A stretch of DNA of 33,591 bases from a bacterium (GTDB taxonomy: Bacteria > JADJOY01). Of this stretch, positions 9,643-17,477 are shown piece after piece. The stretch's first letter is position 1. Each line of letters opens with the position of its first letter. Below the pieces are notes generated by a model, which saw only the letters and a list, made by a program, of their open reading frames with translations, had not been told where the DNA came from and made no database searches. The position numbers and the translations under genes are program-made. The stretch is taken from positions 62,001-95,591 of the forward strand of contig JAXLQJ010000028.1 of NCBI GenBank assembly GCA_046331705.1. Direction: 5' to 3'.

Positions 9643-9849
9643 GTCGTCGGCGCGATTTGCGCACTCGTCGTGAAGCAGCGTGAAGCGGCGCCGACCACCG
9701 AGGGCGCAAGCGAATCGCGGGGCCCCTCGAGGCCCGCGACCAGCGTCGCGACGCTCGCGCTCGCGATCGGCCGCGCCGATCGAAGCGCCGGCAAGGAAAT
9801 GGGCCGGGCGCGCCTGGCCCGGCGCTCGAGCCATCGAGCCCGCTGACAC

Positions 9850-9951
9850 GCAAAACGCAACCCGGCCGTTGCATTTTGCACAAGGCCCTCAAAATTCATC
9901 CAATGAGTTCAGGCATTCACGGCCACCCCGAGAGGAGTGCAACTTGCACTC
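9850..9951. promoter_or_regulatory. Palindromic operator-like sites in an AT-enriched divergent intergenic region
   Basis: 12-bp inverted repeat with 1 mismatch at 9850-9861 and 9868-9879. Perfect GAGTGCAA-C-TTGCACTC palindrome at 9935-9951. Confidence 0.45.
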
Positions 9952-9969
9952 GGCGTGGCGGGAATCGCC

Positions 9970-10707
9970 ATGCAAACTCAGATCACGTCCATTCCAGCGC
10001 GGTGGCTTGCCGGGCTGGCCCGGCTTTCCGAGCTGCGGGAGCGTCTCGGCGTGGCGCTGGCCGTGAGGCTCGGATCGAGCCCAGCGCACGTCGCCGAGGT
10101 GATCCGCGGCTTCCAGGCCACCGAATCCGATGGCGTCTGGCATCTGCACCGCGGCATCCGCAAGGTCGAGTCGCCGCGCGAGCGGGCGATCGTCTTCGGG
10201 CACTGCCTGGAAGAAGAGGCACACGCGGACGCATTCGCGGACACCTACGTCCGGGTCACGGACGGAGTGTTCCGTCCCGTGCACTTCGAGCGGCAGGACC
10301 TCGACTCCCGCCAGAGCCCGGCGTGGAAGACGTTCGCGTACGTGCACGTGGGCGAGATCGACGCGACCCAGCGATTCCGGGTGCTCGCCGAGACGCTCCC
10401 GCCAGGTGCACTGCGAAGCTGCCTGGAGACGGTGGTGGGCGACGAGGAAGGCCACGTCGATCTCACCTTCGGCATGCTGGAGCGCCTCGGCGCCGCGCCC
10501 GCCGCCATTCGTCGCGAAGTGCGGCGCGTGCGGCTGCGGCGCGCCTGGGAGGCCTGGCTCAGGCTCGGGCGCGGCGCGATCGACCGGCTCGCCACGGCCG
10601 CGCTGACCCTCGCGTATTTCGCCGCCGGACCGCTGCTCGCCTCCGCGGCGCGCCGCAAGCTCGCGAGTGGGTCGGTCACCGACACCACCGGCATCAAGCG
10701 TCTGTGA
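9970..10707 (+). CDS. Ferritin-like diiron domain protein with SxtJ-like C-terminal membrane segment
   Basis: Four-helix ligand pattern ATE / EEEAH / VGE / DEEGH. C-terminal AWLRLG...LTLAYFAAGP. ATG 9970 preferred; GTG 9937 is an alternative. Confidence 0.72.
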   Translation: MQTQITSIPARWLAGLARLSELRERLGVALAVRLGSSPAHVAEVIRGFQATESDGVWHLHRGIRKVESPRERAIVFGHCLEEEAHADAFADTYVRVTDGVFRPVHFERQDLDSRQSPAWKTFAYVHVGEIDATQRFRVLAETLPPGALRSCLETVVGDEEGHVDLTFGMLERLGAAPAAIRREVRRVRLRRAWEAWLRLGRGAIDRLATAALTLAYFAAGPLLASAARRKLASGSVTDTTGIKRL

Positions 10708-12530
10708 GAGTGCTGGGGGTCTCCTACGGTTACCACGACTCCTCGGCCTGCCTGGTCGTGGATGGCGAGGTCGTGGCGGCGTCGGCGGAGGAGCGATTCA
10801 CCCGCCAGAAACACGACTCGAACTTCCCCACCTACGCCATCGAGGCCTGCCTGAAGCAAGGCGGCTTGAGCGCGGATCGCCTCGACCAGATCGTCTTCCA
10901 CGAGGACCCGCACGCGAAGTTCTCGCGGGTGCTGTGCAGCGCCATCGCGGGGTTCCCGAACTCGCGGCGAGAGTTCGTCGAGTCCATGAAGTCGTGGCTC
11001 GGGCGCAAGCTGTGGGCCGTGAACACGATCTCGAAGCGCCTCGACGTCGCTCCCGACAAGATCAGTTACCTGGGGCACCACTTCAGCCATGCCGTGCAGG
11101 CGTTCATGGGCTCCGGCTTCTCGTCGGCGGGGATCCTGGTGGTGGATGCGGTCGGCGACTGGTCGTGCTCGGGCCTCTACCGCGGCAGCTGGCAGGACGG
11201 GAAACCGCGGGTCGAGCGACTGATGGAGATCGCCTTTCCGGATTCGCTCGGCCTCGTCTACTCGGCGGTCACCGCGTACCTCGGACTCGCACCCAACGAC
11301 GACGAGTGCAGCACGATGGCGCTCGCGGCCTTCGGCCGTCCGGTCTACCTCGATCGGATGCGCGCGATGGTGCCCGCCACCGAGGACGGCCTCTATCGCG
11401 TCGAGCCCGGCTACTTCCACTTCATCGACTTCTACCGCGGGCCGGTGAGCCAGCGCTTCATCGACGAGCTCGGCCCGCCGCGCAAGAGTCGCGACCCGCT
11501 GCCGTTCGACGCACTCGGCGCGGGAACCCCCGTGAGCGCCGACGCGCAGCGCTTCGCCGACATCGCGGCGAGCGTCCAAGCGCTTCTCGAGGAGCGGGTG
11601 CTGGGGCTCTGCCAGAAGCTCCACACCCTCGAGCCGTCGCCGCGGCTCTGCCTGGCTGGCGGAGTGAGCCTCAACTGCGTGTCCAACTCGCGCATCCTCG
11701 CCGAGTCGCCTTTCGAGACGCTCTACATCCCCCCGGACCCAGGCGACGGCGGCACCTCCGTCGGGACCGCTCTGTACTACGACGCGTGCTCGGGCGGCGG
11801 CGCCCCCGAGCAGCATCGCTACACGCCGTACGTCGGCGAAGCGTGCGACGAGGGCGAGGACCTAGCGATGCTCGCGCACGTGCGACCCGCGCAGTTCGAG
11901 GCGTATCGCAAGCCCGGCGCGAGCCCCACCCCTGCTGGCGACTGGCGCTGGGAGACCTTCTCCACCAGCGAGGCGCTCTGCGACGCGGTGGCGGCACGGC
12001 TCGTGGATCGGCAGATCGTCGGGTGGGTCCAGGGGCGCGCCGAGCTCGGGCCGCGAGCGCTCGGCAACCGCTCGATCCTGATTCGCCCGGACGATCCCGC
12101 CCTCGCGACGCGCTTGAGCCGCAGGGTGAAGGAACGCGCCGCCTACCGGCCTTACGCCCTCTCGGTCGCGGACTTCGATGCTCCCCGCACGCTCGACGTC
12201 CCCGCGGATCAGCTCACGCTGCACCGCTGGATGCAGTTCGCGGCGCGTATCGCGCCCGACGCGCTGGCCCAGGTTCGTGCCGCGGTCCACATCGACGGAA
12301 CGACACGACCGCAGGTCTGTCGTCGCGACGACAACCCGTCGTTCCACGGCCTGCTGCGCGCGTTCGGCGAGCGCTTCGGCCGTGCCGCGCTGCTCAACAC
12401 CTCGTTCAACCCCAGCGGATACCCCATCGTGACGACGCCGGTGGAAGCCCTGTCCATGTTCGCGCGCACCGACATGGACGCGTTGGTGCTCAATCGCACC
12501 GTGATCTGGAAGGAACGACATGTCCACTAG
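10704..12530 (+). CDS. CmcH/NodU (SxtI-like) carbamoyltransferase, paralog 2
   Basis: VRVLGVSYGYHDSSAC, EERFTRQKH, HHFSHA, LAGGVSLNC, GRAELGPRALGNRSIL and LLNTSFN motifs. GTG at 10704 overlaps the upstream TGA. Confidence 0.93.
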   Translation: MRVLGVSYGYHDSSACLVVDGEVVAASAEERFTRQKHDSNFPTYAIEACLKQGGLSADRLDQIVFHEDPHAKFSRVLCSAIAGFPNSRREFVESMKSWLGRKLWAVNTISKRLDVAPDKISYLGHHFSHAVQAFMGSGFSSAGILVVDAVGDWSCSGLYRGSWQDGKPRVERLMEIAFPDSLGLVYSAVTAYLGLAPNDDECSTMALAAFGRPVYLDRMRAMVPATEDGLYRVEPGYFHFIDFYRGPVSQRFIDELGPPRKSRDPLPFDALGAGTPVSADAQRFADIAASVQALLEERVLGLCQKLHTLEPSPRLCLAGGVSLNCVSNSRILAESPFETLYIPPDPGDGGTSVGTALYYDACSGGGAPEQHRYTPYVGEACDEGEDLAMLAHVRPAQFEAYRKPGASPTPAGDWRWETFSTSEALCDAVAARLVDRQIVGWVQGRAELGPRALGNRSILIRPDDPALATRLSRRVKERAAYRPYALSVADFDAPRTLDVPADQLTLHRWMQFAARIAPDALAQVRAAVHIDGTTRPQVCRRDDNPSFHGLLRAFGERFGRAALLNTSFNPSGYPIVTTPVEALSMFARTDMDALVLNRTVIWKERHVH

Positions 12531-12714
12531 CCGCCACTGGTACACCGGGCCCGTCCTGATCGTGCGCAACATCGTGCGCACGGCGCAGGTGCTGGAGGCC
12601 CAGGGTCTGCCACGGTTCGTGCCGTTCGCGGCGATCCTGTTCTTGCTCGCCGGCGGGATCTGGGTCGTGAACACGATCTCGCCGCTCGCGCCGTTCATCT
12701 ATTCCTTGTTCTGA
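12520..12714 (+). CDS. SxtK/DUF5989-like small membrane protein
   Basis: 64 aa, one hydrophobic helix, C-terminal LAPFIYSLF matching the APFIYTLF signature of small proteins that follow SxtI-type carbamoyltransferases. 11-bp overlap with the carbamoyltransferase. Confidence 0.82.
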   Translation: MSTSRHWYTGPVLIVRNIVRTAQVLEAQGLPRFVPFAAILFLLAGGIWVVNTISPLAPFIYSLF

Positions 12715-12734
12715 CCCGCACGGCGATCGCGATC

Positions 12735-13922
12735 GTGGTTCGCCGGGCTGCGCGGGCGCTGCAGTGCGTGCCGCTGCTTTGCGCAGCCGCGTGGGCGGTG
12801 ACCGCGATCCTGTACCTGGCGAGCAGCTCGCTCGTCACGCTGGCGCTGATCGCCATCCCTGCCGCGCTGTGGAGCGCGCCGCCGGTGCGACGCGCGACGG
12901 ACGCGAACCCGCGGGCCTGGACGGCCCTCGCCGTGGCGCAGGCTTGCGCGTGCGCCGCGCTCTACGGGTGGTCGAGCGATCGGGAGCTGGCGCGCGCCGC
13001 ACTCGCCGCCAACACCGCGTTGCTCGCGCTCCACTGGGTCGGTCGGGGCCGGCGCGAGCTCGGCCTCGAGCCCGTCGCCGCGCGCACCTGGCTGGCCTGG
13101 TGCGCCGTGGGCTGGGCGCTCACGCTCGTGCTCTGGCAAGGCGCACCGCTCGTGGCGATCGCCGCGGCGATCCATCGGCATCGTGGCGTGCTGCGCGAGA
13201 AGGTGGCTCCGCGCTGGCACCTGTCGGCGCGCACGGCGCTGCTCGCTCTGGCGATGGTGGGCGGCTGTGTGGGCGTCCACGTCGGCCAAGACGAGCACGG
13301 CGGACGGGCGTCGTGCGCGCCGCGGGGCGCGCTTCCCGCCGGCTCGAGCACGGTGCGGGTGGCGGCGCTCGGCGGCTCCGCGACCTACGGCTTCCTGATG
13401 CGCGAGCGCGACGTGTACGTGAGTCGCGCCGTGGCTGCGCTCGAGGCGGCGGCGGGCGACGGCCGCAGCTACGAGGCGCTCGACTGTGCGCTCTCTGGCG
13501 CCGACTCGCGGGCGGACGTGAGCCAGCTCACCCGCGCCAGCGCGAGCGATCCGCGAGTGGTGGTGCTCTATCCCGGCTTCAACCACGTGCCCGAGGACGT
13601 TCCCGGGCTGCGGCGCGATCTGGAAACGATCGTCGACGAAAGCCGTCGCGGCGGTCGCGCCATCGTGCTCGTCACCGCGCCGATCGGCACGCCATGGGTC
13701 GATCGGGACGTCGAGCCGAATCAGACCATCCGTGCCGTCGCCACCGCGCGCGGCGTCCCTCTGCTGGACGCCGCCGACGCCTTCGGCCGCAAGCCGTGGC
13801 TCTTCACGCTGGACCTGCTCCACCCCAACGCGCTCGGCCACGCGTTGCTCGGGCGTCTGCTCGTGCCGATGATCTCAGCGGCAGCAGCGGAAGCCGACCG
13901 GCTCCAGATCGAGCAGCGGTAG
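12735..13922 (+). CDS. Membrane-anchored SGNH/GDSL hydrolase/acyltransferase family protein, paralog 1
   Basis: Hydrophobic N-terminal half. Block I ALGGSATYG, block III YPGFNH, block V DLLHPN. Confidence 0.8.
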   Translation: MVRRAARALQCVPLLCAAAWAVTAILYLASSSLVTLALIAIPAALWSAPPVRRATDANPRAWTALAVAQACACAALYGWSSDRELARAALAANTALLALHWVGRGRRELGLEPVAARTWLAWCAVGWALTLVLWQGAPLVAIAAAIHRHRGVLREKVAPRWHLSARTALLALAMVGGCVGVHVGQDEHGGRASCAPRGALPAGSSTVRVAALGGSATYGFLMRERDVYVSRAVAALEAAAGDGRSYEALDCALSGADSRADVSQLTRASASDPRVVVLYPGFNHVPEDVPGLRRDLETIVDESRRGGRAIVLVTAPIGTPWVDRDVEPNQTIRAVATARGVPLLDAADAFGRKPWLFTLDLLHPNALGHALLGRLLVPMISAAAAEADRLQIEQR

Positions 13923-15464
13923 CTGTGCCTCGTGCGCCATCAGCGCGAAGTGGCACGACTGCGTGAGATCGTCGCTCAGCCCGTAATACGCCCCCGCGAA
14001 CCCGTACCAGCCGGGCAGATCGGGGAACGTGACCAGCTCGAGGGCGTTGCCGGCGAGGTCGAAGAGCTCGAGCGGATTGCGACATCCGGGTCGCGCGCCC
14101 GCCGGCCTGAGCCCCGCGGCGCTGCGCAGATTGCAGTCCGCGTTGAGGCGATTGGTGCGATCCCGCACCTTCGATTCGGTGAGGATGTAGGGAAGCCGGC
14201 CGTGGTCCGAGCACGCCCAGTACCACTCGTCACGGCTGCACAGGTGCTTGCCTTCGGCGGCGCAGAGCGCGCTCGCCTGCGACGGCGACACTCCCGTGAG
14301 CGGCAGCTCGCCGGCGCGTGCCGGGAACTCGTAGCGATCGATGTCGTAGGCGCCGTCCTCGGTGCTCACGCGCACCATGGACGAATCGAGCGGCGGCGCC
14401 GGACGCGCGGGGACCCTCGGCGCGCGCCCTGGCCCGGTGCCGCCGTCCCACTCGAGGAACCGAGCTGGCAGCAGCAACACCAAGGCGAGCGGAAGGGCCA
14501 CGCGCGGCCGAACCCACCTGCGCACGCGCGCGAGGGCGCGGGCGAGCTCGTCTTGAACGGCGGCGTCCGCGTGCCGATCGGCGGCGGCGCGCCGCCCGAG
14601 CGGTACCAGGCTCGCCACCACGCCGGCCACGAGCGGCACGGCGCACAGCGGCGGATGGATGAGCGCCGTCACCGCGCCTGCGCCGAAGAGCGCCCGCGCC
14701 CAGGCTCTACCCGAGGTCAGCAGGAAGAGCTGCCACGCACCGGAGGCGGCAAACATCGCCGCCACCATCTGCCAGGCGATCGATAGAGCCGTGCCCCACG
14801 GTTTGGCGCGCTCCAGCGAGATGCGCGCGACGATGGCGATCACCGTCACCGCCGCCGGTATCCGGCCCCGGATCGCGACGGCGCGCGGCGGCAGCTGCGG
14901 CGCCTTGCCGCGCACGCACTCGTAGAGCAACGCCACCAGCACGAGATTGCCGGCGAACGTGAACCCGAAGAGGTGCTGACCGAAGAACACCAGGAACGGC
15001 GACGCCTCCCGAACCAGCACGGGGATCGTGGCATCGAGCCCGAACGCACGGAGGCCAGCGCCCGCCGTCGCCAGCAGGAACTTGTCGAAGGCGTCGATCT
15101 GCCAGAACGCGACCTTTCCCGCGGGCTCGAGGATGCGCTCGGGCAAGTTGAGGATGATCTGGAGACCCCAGAGCGCGGCGAGCCCCACCCACATCGTCCC
15201 ACGCACCCAGGCGCGCTCGGACGAGGACCACACTGCAACGAGCTCCAGGAACGGGTAGACCGCCGCCACCGCGATCCACAGCAACAGCAACGGCTCGAGG
15301 TAGCCGGGCACGTCGGTCTGCGTGATCCAAGCGAGCGCGAAGAGCGCCACCAGCCATGCGAGCACTGCCCGTCGCCAGCGCAGCGCCCCCGCCAGCACAC
15401 GCGCGAAGACACTCGCCGGAAGCAGCGCGATCAGCACCAGCACGCCGGTCGCCGCGTCACCCAC
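13875..15464 (-). CDS. Polytopic membrane protein with C-terminal FGE-sulfatase (SUMF1/EgtB-like) domain
   Basis: Many TM helices, then IDRYEFP, GKHLCSRDEWYWAC, LFDLAGNALE and VGFRCC. Start GTG 15464 inferred from an 8-bp overlap with the upstream gene. Confidence 0.75.
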   Translation of the reverse strand: MGDAATGVLVLIALLPASVFARVLAGALRWRRAVLAWLVALFALAWITQTDVPGYLEPLLLLWIAVAAVYPFLELVAVWSSSERAWVRGTMWVGLAALWGLQIILNLPERILEPAGKVAFWQIDAFDKFLLATAGAGLRAFGLDATIPVLVREASPFLVFFGQHLFGFTFAGNLVLVALLYECVRGKAPQLPPRAVAIRGRIPAAVTVIAIVARISLERAKPWGTALSIAWQMVAAMFAASGAWQLFLLTSGRAWARALFGAGAVTALIHPPLCAVPLVAGVVASLVPLGRRAAADRHADAAVQDELARALARVRRWVRPRVALPLALVLLLPARFLEWDGGTGPGRAPRVPARPAPPLDSSMVRVSTEDGAYDIDRYEFPARAGELPLTGVSPSQASALCAAEGKHLCSRDEWYWACSDHGRLPYILTESKVRDRTNRLNADCNLRSAAGLRPAGARPGCRNPLELFDLAGNALELVTFPDLPGWYGFAGAYYGLSDDLTQSCHFALMAHEAQLPLLDLEPVGFRCCR

Positions 15465-16371
15465 GCGACACCCGCTCCAGCCAGATCTCGCCCGCGCGGA
15501 TCGCGAGCTCGAGTCGTCGCGCACCGCCGAGGCGACGCTCGGCCGCCGCGTGGATTCGCACGATCTCGGCGGCCAGCTCGTCGCCTTCGGCCACCGCCAG
15601 CGCGAGCTCGTCCGAGGGCGCGACGACCGTGCGCTCGCGCGGCAGCCGCGCCTGGACCAGGATCGCGCGCCGCTCGCCCGCGGGGGCCGACGCGCGGAGC
15701 TGGCTCATGACGCGCTCCAGCGCCGCGACGCCCTCGTCGCGTGCCCACGCGAGCGCGGCCTCGGGTACGCGCGGCGCGGCGCCCACGCCCGCCTCGCAAG
15801 GGGAGGCGCTGAGCTCGAAGCACGCGATCGCCTCCGCGGCGAGGTACGACTGAAGTCGCCGTGCCAGTCGCGCCGGCCGCGGCGCGGCACGCACCCGTGC
15901 GGCGAAACCCGCGTGGCCATCGGTGGCGGCTGAAGAGCCGCGCGACGCGAGGCGCTCGAATGCGTCGGCCGTGACGATCCAGCCCACCGGGATACGCGGA
16001 CCGAGCGAGGCGAGCCGCGCGAGGTCGCGCGCCTCCTCGCCGACGTCCCGCTCGGCGAGGTCGAAACGAGCGACGCGATCGAGCCCGACCACCCAGCCGG
16101 GTCGTCGACGACGCCCGAGCGCAGTGACGAACGCGCGCACCGCCAGCGAGACCGCTGCGAACGAGACCAGGACGAGCACCGCGACCAGCCAGCGCTCGGC
16201 GGGCGCCACACCGAGGGCGAGCCATACCGCCGCGAACGCCCAGCCGACCAGCGCGACGAGCAATGCGACGAAGAGCGGCACCACCGCGGTGATCGCCGCG
16301 TAGCAGTCGAGGCCGTGCCGCCACGCGTCCGGCGAATCCGCGAGCCAACGGCCGAGCAGCTCGGTCCACAT
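15457..16371 (-). CDS. Membrane protein with degenerate PEP/pyruvate-binding (PPDK_N, ATP-grasp) domain
   Basis: Two N-terminal TM helices. VGEEARDLARL..RIPVGWIVTADAF resembles VGGKAANL..VPxGFVITTxAF; AILVQARL resembles AVLVQEM; LELAIRAGEIWLERVS resembles IEWAxxxGxLYILQAR. Confidence 0.6.
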   Translation of the reverse strand: MWTELLGRWLADSPDAWRHGLDCYAAITAVVPLFVALLVALVGWAFAAVWLALGVAPAERWLVAVLVLVSFAAVSLAVRAFVTALGRRRRPGWVVGLDRVARFDLAERDVGEEARDLARLASLGPRIPVGWIVTADAFERLASRGSSAATDGHAGFAARVRAAPRPARLARRLQSYLAAEAIACFELSASPCEAGVGAAPRVPEAALAWARDEGVAALERVMSQLRASAPAGERRAILVQARLPRERTVVAPSDELALAVAEGDELAAEIVRIHAAAERRLGGARRLELAIRAGEIWLERVSRG

Positions 16372-16377
16372 GCGACG

Positions 16378-17340
16378 TCACTCCGCGTTGGCCGGGGCCG
16401 GGAAGCCGAGATGGCGCGCGATCGCACCGAGCGGCGCGATCCACAGCTCGCCCGCCGACGCGTGCCCGCGCAGCAAGGCTTCGAGCGCCGCGCGCCCGCG
16501 GGCGTTTCCCGAGAGATGCGGCTCCTGGTGATCGACGTAGACCGCGACGCCGCCGCGCGCCTGCACTGCCGCGAGCCAGCCCGCCAGCACCGCTCGTCCC
16601 GCGTCGCCACCGAGCCCGGCGCGCAGCAGGTCGTCGTCCACCGGCAAGCTGACCGGCAGCTCCCAGAGGCGGCCGACGCGAAACGGCCGGCAGGTACCTG
16701 CTCCCGTCACGCGACCGGCGTGCGCGCCGGCACGCAGCGAAGGCAACGACGAGTCGTACGCGAGCGGCGCCGGCAAGCGTTCGATGATCGGAGCACGGAT
16801 CCAGAACGACGGCGCGCGAAATCCCCGCATCTCGAAGGCCGCGGCGATCGCGGCGATGCGCGCGAGCCGATTGGCGAGTGCGGCTGCATCGAGGTCTGGC
16901 AACCGGTTGTCGTGCCGCACGTCGTGCAAGCCGAGCTCGAATCCGCGCGCCTGCCAACCGCGCACGCGCGCCGCGTGGCGCTCGGCGAGCTCGCCCGGGA
17001 GGAAGAGCGTGGAGCGCACCCCCAGCCGCTCCTCGAGATCGAGCAGGCGCTCCGTGGGGTCGAGTGCCCGCGCAGTGTCGAGGTCGTGAGAGAGGCCGAG
17101 CGCCGCCCGCGCCGACAGCGGCCACGAGACGGCTTCCCCGGCAACCAGCGGCTGGTCCCGCGCGAACGCGACCTCGGGCGAGACGCTCGCCATGCCTCGC
17201 CCCAGCAAGCGGCGACTCAGCCAGAACCGAATCGGCCCCGGCACGCGCTGATAATCGAACGGCAGCCACGTGCTCGGGTGACGGTGCGCCGGCGCGCCCA
17301 ACGACGCGGGGCTCGGCGGTTGCGTGAGAAGCGCGGTCAT
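16378..17340 (-). CDS. Polysaccharide deacetylase (CE4/NodB-like) family protein
   Basis: LSHDLD, FELGLHDVRH, GFRAP, YDSS, LWELPVS and HQEPH motifs. ATG 17340 chosen because the longer ORF would overlap the divergent gene. Confidence 0.82.
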   Translation of the reverse strand: MTALLTQPPSPASLGAPAHRHPSTWLPFDYQRVPGPIRFWLSRRLLGRGMASVSPEVAFARDQPLVAGEAVSWPLSARAALGLSHDLDTARALDPTERLLDLEERLGVRSTLFLPGELAERHAARVRGWQARGFELGLHDVRHDNRLPDLDAAALANRLARIAAIAAAFEMRGFRAPSFWIRAPIIERLPAPLAYDSSLPSLRAGAHAGRVTGAGTCRPFRVGRLWELPVSLPVDDDLLRAGLGGDAGRAVLAGWLAAVQARGGVAVYVDHQEPHLSGNARGRAALEALLRGHASAGELWIAPLGAIARHLGFPAPANAE

Positions 17341-17371
17341 CTTCGGACGCTGCACGGCGAACGAGGTGCCG

Positions 17372-17381
17372 ATAGTACAAT
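17372..17381. promoter_or_regulatory. Overlapping divergent -10 hexamers (TACAAT on +, TACTAT on -)
   Basis: AT-rich island in the divergent gap 17341-17477. Confidence 0.4.
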
Positions 17382-17477
17382 CCGCGACCGCGACCGTGGC
17401 ATGTTGGTCCCGCCTGCCGTCGTCCCCCGACGCGACACCGCCTTCGCCGCGCCTCGCACGCACAGGCACCGCTCTCC

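Noticed and set aside
9935-9951. CIRCE (HrcA) element or sigma54 promoter
   Set aside because: The half-sites resemble CIRCE but are in the wrong order and lack the 9-bp spacer. There is no good TGGCAC-N5-TTGC match.
10704-12714. Saxitoxin biosynthesis cluster
   Set aside because: Only the widespread sxtI/J/K-like cassette is present. There are no sxtA, sxtG or sxtB-like core genes in the window.
12520-12714. RiPP precursor peptide for the radical SAM enzymes
   Set aside because: The sequence matches the SxtK/DUF5989 membrane-protein signature, and the radical SAMs show no evident SPASM or RRE features.
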